NCBI RefSeq assembly: GCF_008831285.2
Contig: NC_045138.2
Location: forward strand, 6,262,001 to 6,326,000
Length of the DNA stretch: 64,000 bases
Direction: 5' to 3'
From: Nymphaea colorata
Lineage: Eukaryota
A model generated the notes under the pieces. The model did no database searches, was not told the DNA's origin, and saw only the letters and a list, made by a program, of their open reading frames with translations. Shown here piece by piece: positions 55,308-64,000 of the stretch; the stretch's first letter is position 1; each line of letters opens with the position of its first letter. The position numbers and the translations under genes were made by a program.

Positions 55308-56599
55308 GATGCAGTACTAAAACAACTGTAATTAAATCAACTTTGGAATCTCTAGGTATAGATAAAAAAAAACCATATCTTGATGTATTCTGGAAAGTGG
55401 ATGTCTATTTCTTGTGTTATTATTGGCATTGTATGTTGCTTAACATTTAATACTACCAATTGTACATTCAGGAGTTTAGAGTGTTTGAATCTAAGTTTCA
55501 TACCTATGCTTGCAGTTTATTTGAGACAATAAACTAGGAAAAGGACCTCTCATATACATCATTATTCCAAAGCTTTCATGCCATAGATGTATATATAAAA
55601 TGGGAGATATAGTGCCAACACTAGGGCAACAAATGATTTAGATTTAAGAGTTATAGGTGAAAAAGCTCATGTGTTAATGTATTCAATAATAAGGACGCTA
55701 ATTTTATGTATTAACAATGCAATCGTTGAATCCCACCTAAATGTGGCATTAACCGTTGTATGTTCCAAAGTCATGAGAGCCTTTACATCAAGTTTTTTCC
55801 TAATTTAAACTTGTGATTTACTTGAGAGAGTATAGTTGGTGGAAAGACCCCTTATATCCACAATTGTCTAAAACTTACATATAAAGTAGGAGATATGGTG
55901 AAAAAGATTCCCGCAATTGATTCAAATTTAGGAGTCATATGTAGAAGCAAAAATTCTCGTCTCCTAATGTATTCCACAACAAGGATGGGAATTTTAGATT
56001 TAATATTAATGTTGTCACTGGATGCTGCCTAAATTTAATGCTAGCATTGATACATTTCAAAGTCTGTACTAGTATTTAAATTTCTAATTTAAGTTTATGT
56101 TTTATTTGGGAGAGTATAGTTGATGGAAATAAAGACCCCTCATGGCTTCATGGCCTCATCCACTTTGCCTTGTATGCCTTCATGGCTTCAAAGCATGGTC
56201 AGGTCTTCCTATTTCATAACAAGGCAGAATTGAAATCTAGGAGGATCATAAGAAATCTTGGTTTACCTTGCTTATGTCTATGCTTGTTTCCCTTTCTAGT
56301 TCATCAATCTCCCTGACACACTCGCATGAACTTCACTTGCTGCTTGTACCAATACAACTCTTCTTTACTATTAGGGTTGCACATGAGCCGAGTCAAGGTT
56401 GATCTCAGTCAGCTCGACACTACTCAACACATACTTAATTTGCTTGGCTCGACCTTGAGCAGTGAGTCAAGTTGTATAAGGTCAGGTTGAGCTGGACTTG
56501 ATAGGCTGGGTCCCAGCTAGAGCTCGACTTGTTTAACCTCATTTACCAACTCGACAACTGTCATTTCACTTGATCTATTTCCTTTATTTTAAGTTTAGA

Positions 56600-56611
<12 letters not shown>

Positions 56612-56635
<24 letters not shown>

Positions 56636-59600
56636 ATACTCAAGTTCTTGTAGTTTGAAATTGACTAATTTAGAAGCTTGAGTTTACTGAGTGAGTTCAA
56701 GTCAAGCTCGAGTTGGCTCGACTCATTATATATCACGACTCAATGCCAATGATACCTGTGGGAGCATGGTGAAATCAACTAAATATCTGAATGACATTCA
56801 GCTCCTCAACAATGGAAGGAGAGTTACTCTGGTTGAGAATGTCTACTGGAGAATGTCACCCATCAATTCAATTAAGAGATTTCTTTACATGCTAGTTCCT
56901 ATCCCAATTGATTACCAAAGATAGAGAAAAATACTCATTTTCCTAAATTTACATAAACTTACTTCTATTGAGTATTGTTTTGCATCTCATAAATCCTTTC
57001 TTAAGAGATGGAACCGATGCCCTTTCCAAAAACTGTTTATCCTCGTTGGCACAAAGGCAGTAACTAATGAAATCCTAGATTTTAGTGCACCGATTATGTG
57101 ACAAATTAATTTATGTGGAGTAACCATTATGCACATAAAATAAATTGTGTGGTTTCTACGTGGGCAAGCCACACCAAGCTCTGCCATTATGCTAATTGAT
57201 AATAAGTTGATGCACAGCATAATATATGACACTTAACTTATGGATTTATAGAAGAACGTAAGACTTAGTTGTTAAAGCATATATACTCAACATGAAGGTT
57301 GTTCGGATTATCTCACATTTGCTTCTGTAGCCAGATTCATTAAAAATTGGGAAATATTTTCTCTCTATTGAAGGAAGGAACTAAGAGTTGGTGACTTCAA
57401 ATGGATATTGTCAATGTCTTTCTTCATAGGGTATCTTCAATGGGGTAGAGATTGATATGCAAATTGAATAAGCTGTTGCACTGACTTAAATAAGGTCGTT
57501 GGAATTGTTGGGTGAGCAAGAAGAATATTATATCATACCGCACCAAACAAGAGAAACAATACCCCCACCCTTCCCCCATCCCCCAGAGTACCAGGTCTGC
57601 TTTCGGTGGTGAATTAATATACAATTTAGTGATACATAAAAGGTAATATTAAGAACAGTATAATTACCTAGTTAAAAAGTGTTCACTTCAAGTATTTATT
57701 CAACAATTTTCATGAAAAGAATGACCCTTATTAATATTTCCCTTCTTAAGTTATAAGCCAAAAGTAATCCACAAAAACATGAATTTTCTTGTAACTAATT
57801 TATATCTGATTAAAGTAATAACCATATTTATTCAAGTGTATCCGGTATAGATTCTCTGTCACTAGATAAGATGATATTCTTGTATATGCGGTATAGATTC
57901 TCCGATCAAAATACGATTCGTTAGCATTCGGGTTATACAGCACCTCATGAATTTTAAAATCACATATTCTCGAGTTGTTCTAGTCCAACTTTGTTATAAA
58001 CATGTAATCCATATTGTTAATTCGATGAGAATCAACATACAAATTCTGAAATATATCTATATAAAGCTAAACAATATTAAATAAGACATTTTCTCAATGC
58101 AAAAAGCATATTAAGTGTTTCAAATGTAGATTTTAAATCGAATCTACAATAGATTCTTTCATGAACTATGGATTTTACCGGGATCTTTTGTCATATCAGC
58201 AAAAATATGTCAGATTAAATCAACGCCTAATCGATATATCTTAAATTTGAAGTAATCAAACTCCTCTTAGCCTAGTGTTTACTTCTTGAGGCATGTTTTA
58301 TGCCTTGAACAACTTTTGTAATGATGACTTTCAACCTAGGTAACTTCTCCCAGATTTTCAGGTAGACATCTAAACGTGTGACTAAAATCCATAAAAATTG
58401 TTCACTTCCATTTTAAAAAGAGGAGTGACCATGTAGGAAAAGAATAACCTTCATAGAATCAAACAACAAGAAAATAAATGTCATTTTTTTTGTGAATAAT
58501 TAGGAAAACTTATTTTACATCAAAAAATACAAATAAAAATGTTCTATGTTTTATCAAACGAAGCTTATAGTTTGTCATATTTAAATTTGATAAAAACAAC
58601 TTCAAGTTCAAAGTTCAAAAAGTAGTTGCACTTTAGATTTAGTATCTAATTTATCTCCTACATATGACATTAGCAAGGACACAATTCCGAGTATTTTGCT
58701 TATAATTTTAAAAACAGGTTCATTTTTTCAGTTTTTTTAGTGAACACCATCCTTCTTGCATAAATTTGCTCAATGAAAACATGAATTGGACTTTTAGTGG
58801 CTTAAAAATCAAAGAAGAACATTCACTAAAATGATAAGAATATTATTTATAAACAAACAGAATTTCACGTCGAACCTTTGCTTGGCAGACACTAGTGAGG
58901 CCGTTACTAACAAAGTCACAAGAAATATGATTTCTTAATTGGAACTATAAGTAAAAAATTAACCTGAAAATGAGTTTTTCTAAAATGGTGGCTTATGTTG
59001 CATGCCAACCGAATGCAACCCATGATTCTCGGATCTGGATCAATAAAGTAAAATCTAAATGGCTGTCTGAGTTCAAGGGAACCTTTCACATGCGACGAGG
59101 AGACAAATTGTAAATGTACAGCAAGTAGGACCTGCAATAATGAACGTTTTCTGTTGCGGTAAGTTCATTCAATTTCAATTATTTTTTAGACCTCTGAATC
59201 CTTCGGCTCCGTATTTGGAGCCAAATATTTGTAAATAAATAGTCTTTCAAGAGAAAAATATATGTTACTTATTTTTAAAATATTTAGCTTTTCATTTTAA
59301 GTTATAGGAAAAATGTTACCTATATTCTGTAATTGTCATACATTTTTGTTTACCATCCTACAATACTAAGGATATCTACCATCATAGTGTTGTTAAAGCC
59401 ATCACGACTCGTCGTTGCATCATAAACTGTAACTAGTACTATTTTAGTGACTGTTTTTAATGATAATTTAATTTTTATCATATAGCAAAATCGAGCATGT
59501 AGCATTGAATTTGTTTAAATATATATATATATAGTTTTATGTTGTTGTATGTTAGATGTTGCTAAATGACTAATAATTAAAATTTTGTCATTAGAAACAA

Positions 59601-62600
59601 CACAAAAATATCAATGACATTTTATGATGCTTTATGATATTTTTAATCACAATAATGATATAATTTTTAATTTTAAGTCATCCAGCGTACAACAAACAAA
59701 TGAATCCACCTACGTTGACTTTTCTCCTTGATTTCCAAATAAAGTTATCTTAGTTATTTTTTTTATTATTTTCAAACTACGCTAACATTTTAAATTCAAA
59801 ATAAAACCAATATCATTGATAATTTTTCAGCCCTATTCTAATCACCAGTCACGTCGGTCCTTCACTTGGCCGAAACAGTTGGGCAACTCAAATGTGTGCC
59901 TTGCCAGGCTTTTAAAACCATTTAAAAATAGCTTGCACGCATCCCCTCACCGAACCACTCAACTGGCTCGAGAAACATTTGATTTATAATTTATTTAGCA
60001 ATAATGTGGCTGCTGTTGCCTTTCGATAGGTTGTCTTTTTGTGTTGTTAAAACTTAAAACGTAACAAGCCCGACACTCAAGTTAAAGTTAAAAGGTATAT
60101 CATAAGTCTATTTAAATCCCAAAGCAAGCATGATTTTAAAGGTTTACGCTTAAAACAAATTAGAAAAAAAAATCTTACTTTAAATATACATTTTTTCTAG
60201 AAGATCCTGAATTTGAGTATTGTAGATTTAAAAACATTTTTTTTGTACATAAGAGAAAAGTCCACCTTGGAAACGCAAGTTTTTAAAAAACACCTTTGTT
60301 AGAAAACTAGTATCTAAAATCTTGAAGTTTAAGATTTCACAAGGCTGTTTGATAATACCAATTTTTTAATCAGATCTGGGTCACAAGCTATTTGAGACCG
60401 CAATACATATACCATCATAATCAGATCTAGATCTGGTATGAAAACTATGTGGGGATTTAGATCTAATACCTCTTTAGCACAAACCCGAGACCCATTTGGC
60501 TGGTCAATGGTCACCTCCATAAAATATCAAAAGTAAGGGATATAAACGGGTCAGACATATCAGATTATCAAACAAATAACAAATCCATTTAGCTGGAAGT
60601 GGTAAAAAAAATTTAGATTCATTCAAGTTTAAATTCACATACGGTATGCAGTTTCACCACTAAACATAAATTCGAATAAAATACCCACCAGTATCTGATA
60701 AAGATCCTATCTACATAATGGAGCTGGATCTTACATTAGTCCGATCTGAATTCGGTTTTCCAGAAAATCAGCTCCAGATTCAAATTGGAATTATTCAAAT
60801 ATGATTAGTTAAATTGGTTAAAAATTAAACCCGACACGAAACCAAAACTATAATGCAACCTAAAAGTCAAGACACAAGACAACTGGTGTAGAATTTTTCT
60901 GTTTTAAATTATTTCTCTTTGTTTAATTAGAAGTAACATACTCTTTTTAAGTATGTCTTGACATTTTTTATTCACAATTTTTTCGTAAACTTATGTGCAA
61001 ATTTTCAAATATTAGTCAGTCTTTTGTGACAGATCAAAGTTGAGCAGTTAGCTTTAAAGGCCTCACACATAAATGAATGAATTAGATCAATAATAAACAA
61101 ACAAATGGATCACTTGATTTACTAGGCAAAGGTCTAAGCATAATGTTCTTAGACTTCTGAGCAAATAGTGCATGCTTTACAAATAGGTTAAAAAGTTTTC
61201 AAAAGGGTTTTGGACGGGCAAATGATCATGCAAATGTTGAGCTTGGGCATTTCGTTTTAACTTGCTCTGGTCTTTCCTGTTACATTAACAAGTAGGCACT
61301 GCCGTAAAGCTATGTCATCCTTATGACCACACAAGAGCTCAAATTCTTCGACCATCTTGAGTTCCATCCAACCACGGCTACCCAATGGTTCGGATAAATG
61401 TGATTAAATGCACCATCTGATGCAAGCCGGAGGATTGCTCCATCTAAACCCGGATGGAAGAAAGAGAACAGAAAGCATAGGACGTTCCCTTCTCTCTCAA
61501 CTGTGGCCAGCAAAGGGTGCTCTTATCACACAAATGTACAAGCACACAAAGAGGAGGAGGGGCAAAGCACCAGGGGAGAGAATAGCAGAAATGCTGAGGA
61601 GTCATTCTCTCTCCTTGCTGCTGCAGTTGATGATCTGGTGCTACTTTTCTCCAGTTATCCACTCCACCTCCTCCTTCTCTCTCTCTCTCACTGTGTGCCT
61701 CTCTCATTAGGAAAAAACTGGAGTTATTGGGAAGTTCCATTCAGAGAACGTGTATTTTTTTCTTTGATGAAGTTGCAATAAGCCTTAATTTCGATATGTT
61801 TTTTCAGATGGTTGGTCCTTCAAGAAAATATACTATTAATTAGAACAAAGTGTTGTGAACTTGGTGTTGAGTTTTCTTTTATGGAAATTATTATGACGTC
61901 CTATCCTTGGGGATTGGGTCATGGGGCATCAGTTCTTTTGCTCTAAAAAAAAAAACACTGATGTACAAGTTAAAGCACAATAGAGCTTTGCAGTAAAATC
62001 ATGTCCGGTACCCTGAGAAGATGATGCTTTCAAGTATCTTGTTGGGTGACATGATAAAAGCCTCCTCCAACTCTTTGAACAAATCACAGTGACGTTTTAT
62101 TATGCCAGAGGCAGTTGCTCTCTTTCCATTGGTTGAACGCTTAACATGTGCACCACATCATTTTCAGTTTCGTTAAACATAACCTTAATGAGTGATGCAA
62201 ACTCCTCCGTTGACCATCACGGCACCTTCTTAATTAATAGGTTCACCACTCTGTGTAACATGCAAAACCGAAGACCTTATGCATAACACAAATCATGGAG
62301 CAAACTTTAATGGGATGCTGATAACCTTACAGGTTTCATTTCTACTAGAGCATGGTATAATGTGCGTGAATGTTGTCTGACTGGCACACATTCACAAGCC
62401 TGTGATTCATAGAACTTGAGGTCACCCTCATCAAGCTCCGTAGGATACTATGATTTGTCCTCCAACAATCAAATTTAAAGAAAAAAATATTGGTAAGCAG
62501 GAAAGGCACTAAAAATTAACGTTTTAGGCAACATTACATGTATAAGTAAAAAAGCACTTTTCCTCGGACGTAGTGATAACAAAGATGGCACCTTTAGATT

Positions 62601-64000
62601 CTAATATTGTTATTGACATTGGATGTTGCCGAACATTTAGCAATACCAACTGTACATTCCAAAGTTCGATTATTCATATCTAAGTTTTACAAACTTTTTG
62701 CTCTATTTGAGAGAATAGGGTTGGTAGGAAGACCTGATATCTACCGTCGTTTTAGAACTTGGATGTCATAAACTTATGAAATGGAAAATATAGTAATTGC
62801 CTTAGACATAGTAATTCTTTATAATGACAAAGTAATTTTCATAAAAAAAACACAAAACCAATTCGAAAACGCTCTGGTCTGGTTTGAAAGAGACGTTTGA
62901 GGAAAAAAACATCTGCGAAATAGTTACAATACAGTTGTGGCAGTTTTGTTTTCTTTTTGGATACGTAACATTTTGGAGAGAATAATATTAGTTGCACTTC
63001 CAATCGTATCATAAACACTATTTGGCTACATCTCAAAGTTCAGATCCGAAAGCAGTTAACAGAACGTCCGTTTTCCTCAATAAATTCCTGGCAAGCTCAA
63101 GCAACAAATTCCTTTGGACAAATTCATTAAAAGGATTCTTGTGCCTAAAACTTGTATTCGTGGTCGAACCCCACTTTCCCCTTTTGCTTTATGATCCATA
63201 CAAGGTTCGCTGTATGATGAAAGATGAACCTCTTAGGTTCAGTGCACTTTAGTATACACATGCCATTCCTATAGTTGGTTCGATAAGAATCAAACTATAA
63301 ATTCCAAAATTTGATATTTACATAGAGATGAATCAACATTTGAAAAAAAAAAAATCAAGGAAACGCCACAGTTTAGTGGCTAAAATGAGCAATTTTCACG
63401 TTAAGTTTCTTATCTAAACAGCCATGTGAATTACATTTTTTTTATCCAACTTGATTAAACACATACCTGCCACTTGTACGGTTGATTCGATAAGAACACT
63501 CAACCTGTAAATTCCGAATTATAATATCTATATAGCGCTGAACTAACTTTTAGAAAATCAAACTTCAAGAAAATGCCACAGTTTTAGCTGATAAATAAAC
63601 GATTTTTCACGTTAACATTCTAGTTTTATTTGCAAGGTCACATCTGGCTAAAGCAGCCCCAAAACATTGCAGTTCAAAATTCAATTTTAATCTAATTTTG
63701 AATATATAAGCTTTTACTGGTGGTGTATTGTAGGCTAAGTGAAGATGATACATGGATATATATTTGGTGTAGGTTTTTTTATTACAATTAATTATATTTA
63801 TATATAGTATGATATTTTTTATATCATATACATAATAATCCAGCCGGGCCAAGCATGGGCTCGAGCCTGCAACAAGCAGGGGCAGCGGCCCCACCCTAGC
63901 TTGATTTCTTATCGAGCCAGGTAGACCCAATGCCCTGCCCTTTTATATCTTCTTTTGTTGCACATAAGGCCTCCTCCCTTGCATGTTACATAGCTTAGGT
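56612..64000. repeat. Recent segmental duplication, copy 2, lacking ~1035 bp (copy-1 positions ~4795-5829)
   Basis: Matches 1-8349. The junction at ~61458 (ccggatgga|agaaagagaac) joins copy-1 4794 to 5830 through a 2-bp GA microhomology. Confidence 0.95.
61459..61900. repeat. Hairpin family A, copy 6 (right arm only)
   Basis: Near-identical to 5830-6270. The left arm was removed by the ~1035-bp deletion. Confidence 0.85.

Overview
AT-rich plant (angiosperm-type) nuclear DNA with no recognisable intact host protein-coding gene. The window is a tandemly amplified, decaying array of a composite unit of up to ~25 kb. Positions 1-8349 recur almost identically at 56612-64000, and older paralogous blocks lie at about 16.2-29.4 kb, 30.1-37.4 kb and 42.6-56.6 kb. 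Mobile elements include one LTR-bounded, internally deleted Ty1/copia element (45042-51087, 474-bp LTRs, GTTTG TSD), three copia remnants, a 5'-truncated LINE, a duplicated solo LTR with GATGT TSD, several MITE-like pieces, and degenerate ~300-bp tandem repeats. The main unexplained signal is four unrelated long inverted-repeat (fold-back) families, labelled A-D here. Their arms are ~150-750 bp, they differ in arm divergence, and they occur as about 13 complete or partial copies. This may be a cluster of long hairpin-RNA / small-RNA source loci undergoing birth and death, but expression is untested. All alignments and identities were judged by eye.
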